In this document: positions 27,465-36,708 of the stretch, piece after piece
Layout of the letters: each line of letters opens with the position of its first letter
How positions within the stretch are numbered: the stretch's first letter is position 1
IMG/VR virus record: IMGVR_UViG_3300035660_000009
Location: 1-56,917 of that record
Length of the DNA: 56,917 nucleotides
Direction: 5' to 3' (one strand)
Source of the DNA: a virus
Taxonomy: Duplodnaviria > Caudoviricetes
Program-made: the position numbers and the translations under genes
The notes under the pieces: model-generated
Told to the model about the DNA's origin: nothing
The model's database searches: none
Seen by the model: the letters and a program-made list of their open reading frames with translations, nothing else

Positions 27465-29968
27465 GTGATTCCCTTCACCTTTATGCTGTCGTCGCCCCAA
27501 CACCGACCGATGGTAGCCTCGGTAGGGATGACCTGGCCACCCAACTCGGGAATGGGTTTCTCGAGTTCCTCCTTCACGATCTCCGCAGTGTCCACAAGCT
27601 CGTCCTCGGGGCACTCACCGTGCCACGCGTCGTGGTGGCTTATCAACAAGCGACCCTTTAGCTTATACTTCCTCAACCTCTCCGCGATCCGAATGGCACC
27701 CAATCCGAGGGCGTCGTTGGCAGGCGACTGGATAGTAACGTTTACCGCCATGCGATACATTTCGTTCAGCGCCCTTCGAAAGTCCCCGAGAACCTCCTTC
27801 GAGTGCCTCCGTTCCTCGAGTGCCTTCTTGAGCATTGGTGCAGCGTAGAGTCTCCGCTTTCTCCCGAACGGAGAGACGATTATCCCCCCGGAGTCCACTA
27901 TCGCTCTAGTCTTGGCAAAGTGAGCAGCCACACCCTTGAAGAGGCTGAAGTAGGAGTCGATGTACTTTTGCGCCTCCCCCTCGGAACACCCCAAGTCCTC
28001 CGCCAACCCGTACGCCGTCTCGCCATAGTTCAACCCGAAGACCACAAACTTCGCGAAGTACCGTTGCTCCTTGGTAACCAACTCTGGAGGGATGCCATAC
28101 TTCTGCCCAGCAACACGCATGTGGACGTCTATCTTGACAACCTTCCCGTCAGGGAGTTGGACCTCTGGTGGGTGGAGCAACATATCGAGGAGTGTGTCAT
28201 CCGGTGCGACCTTCGCCTCCACGTAGAGTTCCGCCTGCTGGTAGTCGAAACTCAGGAACACCCACTCCTCGGTCGCGGCGAAGATCCTCCTGAAGGTTGC
28301 CTGTTCGGGGTCATCAGTGTCCCTCTTGATGTTCTGTATCGCTGGGTCCTCACTCGACAAGCGGCCCGTGACGGCACCGTGAAGCTTCCACCTTGGGTGG
28401 ACTCTCCCATCCGACCGGACGTGTTTGAGGATTCCTTCATTTCCGTTCATCCCCCTCAAATAGGTCCCGATGTCGTGTGCAATCTGTGTGGCTTTGATGA
28501 GTTCCCCCGCAACCGGGTGGACCTTCTTCAACTCGGTCAACGCGGCGGCATCCGTGGTGGGGTTTCCCTTCGGGTTGGACACACAAGGAGGGTTTCGTCT
28601 CACGATGGGGAGCTTCAACTTGTTGAACAACACGTCCACCCTCTGCTGGGGTGACCGAATGTCGAACTCACACCCCGCTGCTTCGTACACCTTCTTGACC
28701 TGGTCACTGTAGCGAGCCATGTAGAGTTCGTGGTACTCGTTCAGGGTGTCCATGTTGATCCTGATCCCGTACCACTCCGCGTCGGCCATGACCCTCGCGT
28801 ATGGGAGGGTGATCCGGTTGTGGACCTTCAGGACGTCCTCGGTAACTGCGTCCCTGAGGACCGCACGAGAAACCCTGTAACCCACGTCCGCGTCCTTTGA
28901 TGAATATTCCCAAAGTTTGTCGTCGGGAACGTTGCTCGCACCACCCTTCTTCCTCATCTCGGGAACGTCTTTGTACTCCCCACTCACGTCGGTGTACCAA
29001 CCAGAGAGGAAGTCGAGTCCATGGGGGAGGTTCTCGTCCACCAGGTGGTGTAACAACATGGAGTCCACCACGAGACCTTCCATCTCGATCCCAAAGGACC
29101 CCCGGAACATGAGTCTGTCGAACTGCTGACCATTCTGCATCGCTTTCGGTGTATCACCCTCGAGGAACCTCTTCAGAGCACCAACCACGCGAACCTTGTC
29201 GTCGGGAGACCAGACCTCCCTACCTTGGTACCCCACAATAGGTACCGCCCACCCCGTACCCTCCCTATTGGAGAAGCTCACGCAGACCACTTTGTCGGAC
29301 AAACAGTCGAACCCGGTGGTCTCGGAGTCGACCTCACAGAAGTCTATTGTGGAGTCCGAGAGTCTCCTCAACACCCACTCGACCTCCTCGGGTGTCCGAC
29401 AGACGGAGTACTTGGTCTCGATCTGGTGGTACCCCTCACGACAGATCCTAAGAGCAAGGGAGAGGTCCCTACGAAGGGGCAACTCATCCTGCCACCTACG
29501 GAGGGCACTCGCGGGGTGGAGTGTGGGGATGAAGTAGACACCGGGGAACTCGTCTGACGTCCTCACACTCCCCCTAACCTTTGTGATCCCCGACCTCCCA
29601 ACCCTAAGGACGGAGTGAGCAGCGAAGTTTCCCATCAGGACGACCACCTTGGGGTTCAACCGTCTGATGTCGTCCACCAGGTGGGGTCGGCATGCATCAA
29701 TCTCCTCATCGGTGGGGTCTCTGTTACTAGGAGGACGACACCGTAGAATGTTTGCGACGGGAACGTCTTCCCTCCTGATACTAACCCACCCGAGGACCCT
29801 GTTCAACAACACACCCGCGTCGCCAGCAAAGTTCCGCCCAGTCCTGTCCTCCTCCCAACCGGGAGCCTCCCCGACCAACATCAGACCTAACCGGCACTCG
29901 TCACCGTCACACGGGATACAGTTCCTCTGTGCTTTGTCGAAGAGTTGGCACTTGGTGCAAATGGGCAT
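27461..29968 (-). CDS. polA: family A DNA polymerase with N-terminal family-4 uracil-DNA glycosylase domain (SPO1-like architecture)
   Basis: UDG4 motifs C..C, VGEAPG.EE..G..F, CRPP.NR.P, HP; 3'-5' exonuclease DSETTG; polymerase motifs TGRLSS..P..QNI, DYQQAEL, R..AK...FG..YG, HD. Confidence 0.93.
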   Translation of the reverse strand: MPICTKCQLFDKAQRNCIPCDGDECRLGLMLVGEAPGWEEDRTGRNFAGDAGVLLNRVLGWVSIRREDVPVANILRCRPPSNRDPTDEEIDACRPHLVDDIRRLNPKVVVLMGNFAAHSVLRVGRSGITKVRGSVRTSDEFPGVYFIPTLHPASALRRWQDELPLRRDLSLALRICREGYHQIETKYSVCRTPEEVEWVLRRLSDSTIDFCEVDSETTGFDCLSDKVVCVSFSNREGTGWAVPIVGYQGREVWSPDDKVRVVGALKRFLEGDTPKAMQNGQQFDRLMFRGSFGIEMEGLVVDSMLLHHLVDENLPHGLDFLSGWYTDVSGEYKDVPEMRKKGGASNVPDDKLWEYSSKDADVGYRVSRAVLRDAVTEDVLKVHNRITLPYARVMADAEWYGIRINMDTLNEYHELYMARYSDQVKKVYEAAGCEFDIRSPQQRVDVLFNKLKLPIVRRNPPCVSNPKGNPTTDAAALTELKKVHPVAGELIKATQIAHDIGTYLRGMNGNEGILKHVRSDGRVHPRWKLHGAVTGRLSSEDPAIQNIKRDTDDPEQATFRRIFAATEEWVFLSFDYQQAELYVEAKVAPDDTLLDMLLHPPEVQLPDGKVVKIDVHMRVAGQKYGIPPELVTKEQRYFAKFVVFGLNYGETAYGLAEDLGCSEGEAQKYIDSYFSLFKGVAAHFAKTRAIVDSGGIIVSPFGRKRRLYAAPMLKKALEERRHSKEVLGDFRRALNEMYRMAVNVTIQSPANDALGLGAIRIAERLRKYKLKGRLLISHHDAWHGECPEDELVDTAEIVKEELEKPIPELGGQVIPTEATIGRCWGDDSIKVKGIT

Positions 29969-29994
29969 CGGGGTCAACCCTCCCCATCTTGGGG

Positions 29995-30081
29995 TGGACC
30001 GGTGGGTGGGATTTGAACCCACATCCCACGGTTGCTCGTGCACTCATTACCGTGTGCGTTAACCAATTTCGCCACCACCGG
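29995..30081 (-). tRNA. tRNA-like RNA with 18-nt anticodon loop (tRNA-Cys-like?)
   Basis: Acceptor CCGGTGG/CCACCGG followed by T-CCA; D arm GCG-AAATTGGTTAA-CGC; anticodon stem CACGG/CCGTG; T arm GTGGG-TTCAAAT-CCCAC. Confidence 0.75.
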
Positions 30082-30820
30082 GATCCAACCTACCTCGAAT
30101 GATCGCAGCACGGGTGGGGTCCTTTTCAACCACAACACAAGACCTCTCACCCACGTTCTTCACCGCAACAGCGAACGACCCAACTCCACCGAATGCCTCG
30201 AGGAGTCGGGAACCGGGTCTGGTAAACCCACGCGCGATCCACTCCATCAATGCGGAGGGTTTCTGCGCTCGACAGATCATCTTCCCGTCAACCCTCACCC
30301 TCTCGCTCTCGGAGGTCATCGGGAAGGACACGACATCCCGACACTGCTTGCCACCATTCCAACTCTTCAACCAGTGGTAGTCCATATACCAACCACCACC
30401 CTTAGAGAACCAGAGGAGGTACTCGTGTGTGTGCATCAACAACTTGGCGGACATGTTGGGGATTGCGTTCGTCTTGAGCCACACGATGTTGTGTAGGTGC
30501 TTCAACCCACACCCCTTCAGTTCCGACAAGAGTGTGTCAAGGTGGTGATGTGTGGTACTCACCACCACACTCCCACCCGGGGACAGACATGAGGCAACCC
30601 ACCTCACCCACTTGCAGGTGAAACGGGTGTAGTCCTCCTCACTGGCGAAAGTGTCGTATGAGGTATCAGGTGGCACTTGGTAGACACCCATCTTCCCGAA
30701 ATCGATGGGTCGTGACAAGTGACTGATCCCGTAAGGGGGGTCCGCGTAGATGAAGTCGAACACCCCCAGTGTCGGGAGGACGGTCAGAAGGTCACCCTCG
30801 ACAACTTGGTGTTCCGCCAC
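30059..30820 (-). CDS. site-specific DNA methyltransferase (N4C/N6A, beta class)
   Basis: DPPY near the N-terminus, IVW.K.N, QKP..L..I and F.G.GS near the C-terminus. Confidence 0.9.
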   Translation of the reverse strand: MAEHQVVEGDLLTVLPTLGVFDFIYADPPYGISHLSRPIDFGKMGVYQVPPDTSYDTFASEEDYTRFTCKWVRWVASCLSPGGSVVVSTTHHHLDTLLSELKGCGLKHLHNIVWLKTNAIPNMSAKLLMHTHEYLLWFSKGGGWYMDYHWLKSWNGGKQCRDVVSFPMTSESERVRVDGKMICRAQKPSALMEWIARGFTRPGSRLLEAFGGVGSFAVAVKNVGERSCVVVEKDPTRAAIIRGRLDPGGGEIG

Positions 30821-30848
30821 ACGTCACCCTATTATATGGCAAATGGGG

Positions 30849-31178
30849 TCAACAGGTCCCAGGGGGTGGTTGCAGAGTCCGCACCTCATCAAACAACTTA
30901 CCCACCGCCAGGAGCAAATCAGCAACCTTCACCAAGACCTTGTGACCGAAATGGAGGCGACCACCAATGTCGATGGTAAACTCCCCACCAGAGTGGGTGA
31001 AGAGTTCCACCAGGAACTCGGGTGTCACTTCGTACTCGATGGGGTAGCCGAGGGAGAGGATCAACTTTCCCCCATCATTCGTGTAGAAATGGAGAAACTT
31101 CGGGAATTCCCTCCCGGATTCGTCACGTGCGATGATCTTCATCCACCACCTCGTCGAACACGAACTGGTGCGTCTCAT
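30849..31178 (-). CDS. hypothetical protein
   Basis: Likely start MKIIAR (~31143) with GAGG. Confidence 0.5.
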   Translation of the reverse strand: MRRTSSCSTRWWMKIIARDESGREFPKFLHFYTNDGGKLILSLGYPIEYEVTPEFLVELFTHSGGEFTIDIGGRLHFGHKVLVKVADLLLAVGKLFDEVRTLQPPPGTC

Positions 31179-31575
31179 CCCAGTCCTTGAACGGGAAACT
31201 CAGTGAACCGCAGAACCCACGTGTCTCCCCCTCACCAGAGAACACCCGAACCTCCACGTGGTCTCCTTCCTTCCGCACCACCGCCACCAACTCCGGATGA
31301 GGCGCGCTCAGTTGCCTCTCCTCTTCCTCGAGTTGTGCTCTCCTCTCACCAACAGTGAAAACCTCGTCCTCGGTCTCGATACCGTGCTCGTTGAGGAACT
31401 TCACCGCAAGTGAGTAGAGCAACGTGGAGACGAAACCATCCTTCTCCCAGTGCACGAGGAGAGACCCACTTGGCTCATCTGGTGTACGGATGCACATGTC
31501 CCTAAGAGTGTTGAGTCCCGTTACCAGGGTGATGACAACGTCCTCCGGTTTCGCAGGGGTTGGGTTTCCCATCAC
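31123..31575 (-). CDS. hypothetical protein
   Basis: 150-aa acidic ORF. Confidence 0.55.
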   Translation of the reverse strand: MMGNPTPAKPEDVVITLVTGLNTLRDMCIRTPDEPSGSLLVHWEKDGFVSTLLYSLAVKFLNEHGIETEDEVFTVGERRAQLEEEERQLSAPHPELVAVVRKEGDHVEVRVFSGEGETRGFCGSLSFPFKDWDETHQFVFDEVVDEDHRT

Positions 31576-31587
31576 ACTCCATCCTTA

Positions 31588-32478
31588 TCACGAGTGGGGC
31601 AGAGACTGGTAGACCAGCACCAGCTCACCCAACAAACTGTCGAACCCCAACTGGAGGAACAACTTCCGCAGGTAGCCGAAACTGGTCTCGGACATCGTGA
31701 GGGGAGTTACGGGAACCTCGATCGGGAGGTTGTCCACCAGTGTCACGAGCGGAAGAGCGATGTCGAACACCTGCTGCTTGTACCTCTCCAAGTTCTCCCT
31801 CAAAGGGGGAGTAAGTTCGTTGAGGTGGCTGTAGAGAGTGGTCAAGTCCCCGTACTTAGCTAACAACTTCGCGGCGGTCTTGTCACCTATACCGGGGACA
31901 CCGGGGACGTTATCGCCATCGTCACCAGTTAACGCCTGGACGTCACGAGACACCTCGGGTGGGAACCCCTTCCACCTTATCACACCCTCCCGGTCGAGGT
32001 AAACCCGCTTGGTCGGATTGTAGAGGAGAACTCTGTCATTGACACACTGCGCGAAGTCCTTGTCCAACCCAACTATCACGACCTCGGTGTCACGTGACGC
32101 CTTCTTCGCGATAGTCGCGATCACGTCGTCCGCCTCGTACCCGTGGTACTGGACAATCGAGATACCCACCAGGGTGAGGATCTCGAGAATCCGCTTGAGT
32201 TGGGGCTCGAAGTCGGGTCCGGTTGTCACGTCGTCCTTGAGCGGTCTCACCTTGTAGAGGGGGTAGATCTGCCTCCTGGACAATATGTGAGTGGGGGAGT
32301 CGAGGGCGAAGACGAAGTGTCTCGGTCTGAAGTCCCTGAGACCGGAGAACAACATCCGGGTGAAGATATAGGTGGCCTTAGTCGGTTCACCGGAGGGACT
32401 TGTCATGTCCATGTCGACAGCCACGTGGTACGCTCTCCGCACCATCGACGATCCGTCTACGATAAACAAGGCATTCAT
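31588..32478 (-). CDS. 5'-3' exonuclease / flap endonuclease (PolI N-terminal-like)
   Basis: VDGSS..RAY, R..IYP.YK, GYEADDVIAT, DKD, GD..DN.PGVPGIG.KTA. Confidence 0.92.
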   Translation of the reverse strand: MNALFIVDGSSMVRRAYHVAVDMDMTSPSGEPTKATYIFTRMLFSGLRDFRPRHFVFALDSPTHILSRRQIYPLYKVRPLKDDVTTGPDFEPQLKRILEILTLVGISIVQYHGYEADDVIATIAKKASRDTEVVIVGLDKDFAQCVNDRVLLYNPTKRVYLDREGVIRWKGFPPEVSRDVQALTGDDGDNVPGVPGIGDKTAAKLLAKYGDLTTLYSHLNELTPPLRENLERYKQQVFDIALPLVTLVDNLPIEVPVTPLTMSETSFGYLRKLFLQLGFDSLLGELVLVYQSLPHS

Positions 32479-32546
32479 GCGAGAACACACTAATCCACCT
32501 CCGTACAAGTTCACGCTATATTATATGCCAATCTTCTCGCCTCACC

Positions 32547-33191
32547 TCACGATCGGGTAACAACTTCCTCCTCCGACCAGACAACGAACGTTACTCCATT
32601 CTGCCTACACCACAGTTTTCCAGCGTGAAGTTTCAGATGCTTCCGCTCAAGTTCCCATCCCGCTGACACCTCGATCAACTCACGTCTCCCGGAAAGGTAC
32701 GTGACGAGAATGTCGGGAATGTATCTATGGTGAGAACCATCATCTCGGGTGTACGGGATCGAGAACGGTTCAGGTGTAAAGGAGGAAACGGTCTCGTCAG
32801 TTTCCAACCTTTGGTACGCGAGCAACTCATAGGACGATCGATAGTGGAAACACTTTCCGTTCTTCACGGAATCGAAGTAGCCACTCTTACCTCTGTGTTC
32901 AGGGTGGAGTTTGCCTGCAAGGATAAGTCGAACCTTTGCCTCAGACACACGCGCACGTGCGCATAATTGAGACATCGGATTCCTACCACCCCGAATCTTC
33001 GCCTTCACCTCCTCACGCTTCATTGGATTCTTATCACCACACACCGATGGGCGTGGTTTTCCCTTTTGCGTCTCACCACTCTTCCGAGAGACGTCGGATC
33101 GCTTCATTGGGTTGTTGTTGCCACGGATCGATGGACGAGGACCTACAGCGTTCTTGTTGCCACGCATCGACAGGCGTCGCTTCTCATTCAT
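32547..33191 (-). CDS. NUMOD3 + TnsA-like endonuclease-fold protein (copy 2)
   Basis: Three NPMK-type repeats; YRSSYEL...YIPDILV...IEVS...FVVWSE. Confidence 0.8.
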   Translation of the reverse strand: MNEKRRLSMRGNKNAVGPRPSIRGNNNPMKRSDVSRKSGETQKGKPRPSVCGDKNPMKREEVKAKIRGGRNPMSQLCARARVSEAKVRLILAGKLHPEHRGKSGYFDSVKNGKCFHYRSSYELLAYQRLETDETVSSFTPEPFSIPYTRDDGSHHRYIPDILVTYLSGRRELIEVSAGWELERKHLKLHAGKLWCRQNGVTFVVWSEEEVVTRS

Positions 33192-33234
33192 ACTAGCACA
33201 CCACGAACAGTGCGTCAGGAGAAGGCATAGTCGT

Positions 33235-33438
33235 TCACCAACCCATCGCTTTTGACTCGCGAACGTGCTCTTCCTGACCACCGGGTTGAGCACGCAACTC
33301 TTTCATCCGTTGCAGCCAATAGGCACCCGTCTCACCCTGGAATATCGGATCACCCACAGGTACGAAGCGAACATGGTGAAGCAAATCCGCGTAAGGCAAC
33401 GAATCAATGTACTGCTTCTTCGCTGGCGTGAGATCCAT
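33235..33438 (-). CDS. hypothetical protein
   Basis: IDSL.Y.DLL...RF.P.G.PIFQGETG.YW; GGAGG RBS. Confidence 0.65.
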   Translation of the reverse strand: MDLTPAKKQYIDSLPYADLLHHVRFVPVGDPIFQGETGAYWLQRMKELRAQPGGQEEHVRESKAMGW

Positions 33439-33505
33439 CTGCCACCTCCACGGGTGTGGGAAGAGTCACGACATGCCGCTCACCGCGCTCACGACGAACA
33501 GTGGG

Positions 33506-34141
33506 TTAAGTGGTGAGTTCCCCATGGTCAACCCGAGCGTTACCGAAGACCAGAGCGTTACCGAAGACCAGAGCGTTACCGGAGACCTGAGCGTTACCGT
33601 GAACCAGAGCGTTACCGGAGACCAGAGCGTTACCGTAAACCTGAGCGTCACCGGAGACCTGAGCGTCACCGGAGACCAGAGCGTTACCGGAGACCTGAGC
33701 GTCACCGGAGACCAGAGCGTTACCGTAAACCTGAGCGTCACCGGAGACCTGAGCGTCACCGAAGACCCGAGCGTCACCGAAGACCCAAGCGTTACCGTAA
33801 ACCTGAGCGTCACCGGAGACCTGAGCGTTACCGTAAACCTGAGCGTCACCGGAGACCTGAGCGTCACCGTAGACCAGAGCGTTACCGTAGACCTGAGCGT
33901 TACCGTAGACCTGAGCGTCACCGTAGACCCGAGCGTTCACACCGACGAAGGCAGTTTCGGCGACCTTCGCGGTCTCCGCGATCCAACCGCCACCGTTCGG
34001 GTGGTGGTGGTACACAACACCGTCGACCGCCTGGGTTTGGTCCCACCAGGAGTCGGGTACGGACACACCCGTATCGCTCACCCACCTAGCTACTATCCGA
34101 GACATGACTTTCTCCTCCTTGGTGAGATCCGGATATCGCAT
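33506..34141 (-). CDS. left-handed beta-helix hexapeptide-repeat protein
   Basis: H.NGGGW.A.TA.V followed by ~22 G[ND]A.V[YSF] repeats. Confidence 0.8.
   Translation of the reverse strand: MRYPDLTKEEKVMSRIVARWVSDTGVSVPDSWWDQTQAVDGVVYHHHPNGGGWIAETAKVAETAFVGVNARVYGDAQVYGNAQVYGNALVYGDAQVSGDAQVYGNAQVSGDAQVYGNAWVFGDARVFGDAQVSGDAQVYGNALVSGDAQVSGNALVSGDAQVSGDAQVYGNALVSGNALVHGNAQVSGNALVFGNALVFGNARVDHGELTT
33533..33937. repeat. 18-bp coding tandem repeat (~22 units)
   Basis: Recurring gagcgt(t/c)accg(g/t/a)agacc(t/a) units. Confidence 0.9.
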
Positions 34142-34199
34142 CCGTCACTCCCTCAAACGAGCGACCATCATCTCGAGCATCTCCCGGTTGTAACCCAAC

Positions 34200-34535
34200 C
34201 TATATCATCCTCTCGAGCTTCTCGCGCATCTTCTCCCACGACTTGGTCTCCTGTAGTGGGTACTTTCCTAACATAGCAACACAGAGGTCGAACCCCATAC
34301 TCGCACCCTCCATACCACGGGTGAAACCGTGGGGGTTGCGGTCGTTGCCGACTGTCCCCTTGATGTAACCGAAGAGCGACTGGCACAACGACAGTGCCTC
34401 AACCAGTTGCGCCACCTGCACACGATACTTACACTTGTGCTCCTTGGTGGTCGGCTCAAGCACCTCTTCCATCTTCGTTCCGGGTCGCACCAACTCGGGG
34501 GAGAGACCTTTTACCACCTGGTCGGTCATTACCAT
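34200..34535 (-). CDS. hypothetical protein
   Basis: AGGAGG RBS and promoter motif upstream. Confidence 0.55.
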   Translation of the reverse strand: MVMTDQVVKGLSPELVRPGTKMEEVLEPTTKEHKCKYRVQVAQLVEALSLCQSLFGYIKGTVGNDRNPHGFTRGMEGASMGFDLCVAMLGKYPLQETKSWEKMREKLERMI

Positions 34536-34585
34536 GCCTCCTACCTCTTCACGTCATATTATATGGCAATGGTGGGGGTGGGTCG

Positions 34586-35260
34586 CTATTTCTTCGTGAC
34601 CAGTGGGTCGGGCGCACCCACAACAGCGAACGCGTTCGCCCTGTACACGCAACTCTCACACTTCCCGCAGGGTCGGTCACCGTTCAAATAGCAAGACCAA
34701 GTGAGTTGGAAAGGAACACCCAACTCGAGACCCACCTTGACGATGTCCCTCTTGGGGACACCGCTCCACGGGAGGACGAGGTCGGGTGGGGTAGCGCTCG
34801 CACCAGTTCCCACCCTAACGGTCTCAGTGAGGGACCGGTAGAACTCAGGGGTGCAGTCCGGGAACCCTTTACAGTCGTCCTGGTGTGCACCGATGACGAC
34901 CACACTCACACCCAAACTCTCCGCGAACGCACACGCGACGGACATGAACACGAGGTTCCTCAGCGGGACGATGTAGTACGAGGGTCCCTCCCTGTCGTTC
35001 TCCTCCACCTTCACGGTATCCTTCCCCCGGGTGAGGGGTGAGACGAACACCCGCTTGAGGACGTTCAGGTCGAGGACCGTATGGGAGATCACACCCAGAG
35101 CCTCTCCCACTTTCAGGGCACACTTCACCTCCCGCCGTGCCCTCTGCCCGTACAGGATGGAGAGTCCAACCACGTCATACCCCTTCGACTTCATCCAGTA
35201 AGCTACTGTGGAGGAGTCCACTCCCCCACTCATCAGAACCACCGCTTGCGGGTTCGTCAT
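34586..35260 (-). CDS. queC: 7-cyano-7-deazaguanine (preQ0) synthase
   Basis: SGGVDS, YGQR, VP.RN, PDC.PEF and TWSCY....PCG.C.SC. Confidence 0.95.
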   Translation of the reverse strand: MTNPQAVVLMSGGVDSSTVAYWMKSKGYDVVGLSILYGQRARREVKCALKVGEALGVISHTVLDLNVLKRVFVSPLTRGKDTVKVEENDREGPSYYIVPLRNLVFMSVACAFAESLGVSVVVIGAHQDDCKGFPDCTPEFYRSLTETVRVGTGASATPPDLVLPWSGVPKRDIVKVGLELGVPFQLTWSCYLNGDRPCGKCESCVYRANAFAVVGAPDPLVTKK

Positions 35261-35264
35261 TGGG

Positions 35265-36371
35265 TTACCTTTCCACTACGTACACGAGTTCCCTGAACGG
35301 TTTCGAGTTCACACTCGAGACCACGTCGTAGAACGTGTGGTACTTACACCGAGGACCGAACTCCGAGAGGAGAACCTCCTCCAACTGGTCACCAGGTGGG
35401 TAGTTGGTCGACTGGGTAGAGAGAATGAGCCTGTTGTAGTGCCCGAGCGCCTTCTTCCAGATCGCGAGGATCTTCGGGACGATGTCCTCCTTCGTGGTGA
35501 ACTGGTGCTTCTCCAGTGGCTTCTGGAGGAGGACACTCGAGATGTCCCTGCTGAAGAAGTCGTAGGTGTCAACGGGAGCACCGGTTGTCCACGGCCAAGC
35601 GAAGTCCATGTAGAGGGTGTCGTGTTCACCCGGGAGGGACACAAAGTCCTCCGCATCCAGGTTGAACGCCTCACCCTCAGGTTGGTCGCGAAGGATTGCC
35701 GCTTGGAGGAGACCACGCCTTTTGAGGAGTCGGTTGTGGAACACCACGAGAGTGGCCTCTCTGCACCAGTTCTTGTCGTAACACATCCCCCTGTAGGTGT
35801 AACCCGACACAAGCGTCCCCGCCAGTGCGGCGAGCGTCAGAGGGTCGTCGTGTGCGAGCGCAAGGGTGGCGACACCGTCGATGTAGGTGGCCACGTCGTA
35901 GGGGAACAACTCGAGGGACTTGACGAACCCGGGCACGGGTACGACCCGTTCGGGATCGATGGAGACCATGTTGGGGGGTTCGTGGTTCGCAACCACTACC
36001 GCACGGGAGACGAAATAGCTCATGTGGCACCAATCGTTGGTCCTAACACGGAGACCCATCCTCTTGGCCAGGTACATCGGTGCGTTGCTACCGGAGGTCG
36101 CATCGCTGATGGCATGCATGTCAGGGTGGCGATGAACCAGGAGTTTCAGCAGTGGTTCGATGTACCTCCCCTGGGACCCGAAGTAGGGTGACGGGAGGGG
36201 GGAGTGGGTCCGGGCGTAACACATGTAGGACCAGTGGTCGGGTCCCACTATCGCGTCGTGTTCCTGGATAAGCCTCTTCCGCGTGGCACCGTCAGTGGAG
36301 GTGAGGAACTCGTGGTGCAACCTATCATGTTCCTCCTGTCGGTGGGTCAACATCAACTCGCGCTCGAACAT
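35265..36371 (-). CDS. Dam/D12-fold SAM-dependent methyltransferase-like protein with non-canonical motif IV (DFAW)
   Basis: PYFGSQ (motif X), DATSGS (I), V.TND (II), FNLDA.DF (III), DTLYMDFAW (IV); AAGGAG RBS before MFERE. Confidence 0.65.
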   Translation of the reverse strand: MFERELMLTHRQEEHDRLHHEFLTSTDGATRKRLIQEHDAIVGPDHWSYMCYARTHSPLPSPYFGSQGRYIEPLLKLLVHRHPDMHAISDATSGSNAPMYLAKRMGLRVRTNDWCHMSYFVSRAVVVANHEPPNMVSIDPERVVPVPGFVKSLELFPYDVATYIDGVATLALAHDDPLTLAALAGTLVSGYTYRGMCYDKNWCREATLVVFHNRLLKRRGLLQAAILRDQPEGEAFNLDAEDFVSLPGEHDTLYMDFAWPWTTGAPVDTYDFFSRDISSVLLQKPLEKHQFTTKEDIVPKILAIWKKALGHYNRLILSTQSTNYPPGDQLEEVLLSEFGPRCKYHTFYDVVSSVNSKPFRELVYVVER

Positions 36372-36708
36372 CAGGTGACTCCTTACCAAAGGACTCCTCA
36401 TAGATCGCCAACGTGCTCGCGGCGACACCAACAAGTAAACGAGTGGCCTCGATAGGATCCCCACGACCCACAACACCCAACGCGAGAGCACACTCCACAA
36501 ACCTTCCCACCTGCCCATCCAACATGCAGCACCAACCCGCAAGGGTGAGGACTGGTACACACTCCTTAACCCGACGTTGCCTCTCCCGGAGGACGAGCTC
36601 GAGAAAGGCTGCCCGAGGAGGGGGTGGTAGGAGGGAGGCCCAGTGGTTACCCGCAACCTTGGTCAACTCCTCAAGGTGGGTTGCACGGTCAACTCTCTCT
36701 GGAGCCAT
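36325..36708 (-). CDS. hypothetical protein within the deazaguanine cluster
   Basis: 127-aa helical ORF overlapping both neighbours. Confidence 0.5.
   Translation of the reverse strand: MAPERVDRATHLEELTKVAGNHWASLLPPPPRAAFLELVLRERQRRVKECVPVLTLAGWCCMLDGQVGRFVECALALGVVGRGDPIEATRLLVGVAASTLAIYEESFGKESPDVRARVDVDPPTGGT

Noticed and set aside
33533-33937. 18-bp tandem array as a CRISPR or DGR-like element; ORFs 33407-34276(+) and 33466-33921(-)
   Set aside because: There are no unique spacers. The period equals a hexapeptide coding repeat, and the alternative ORFs are frame shadows of it.
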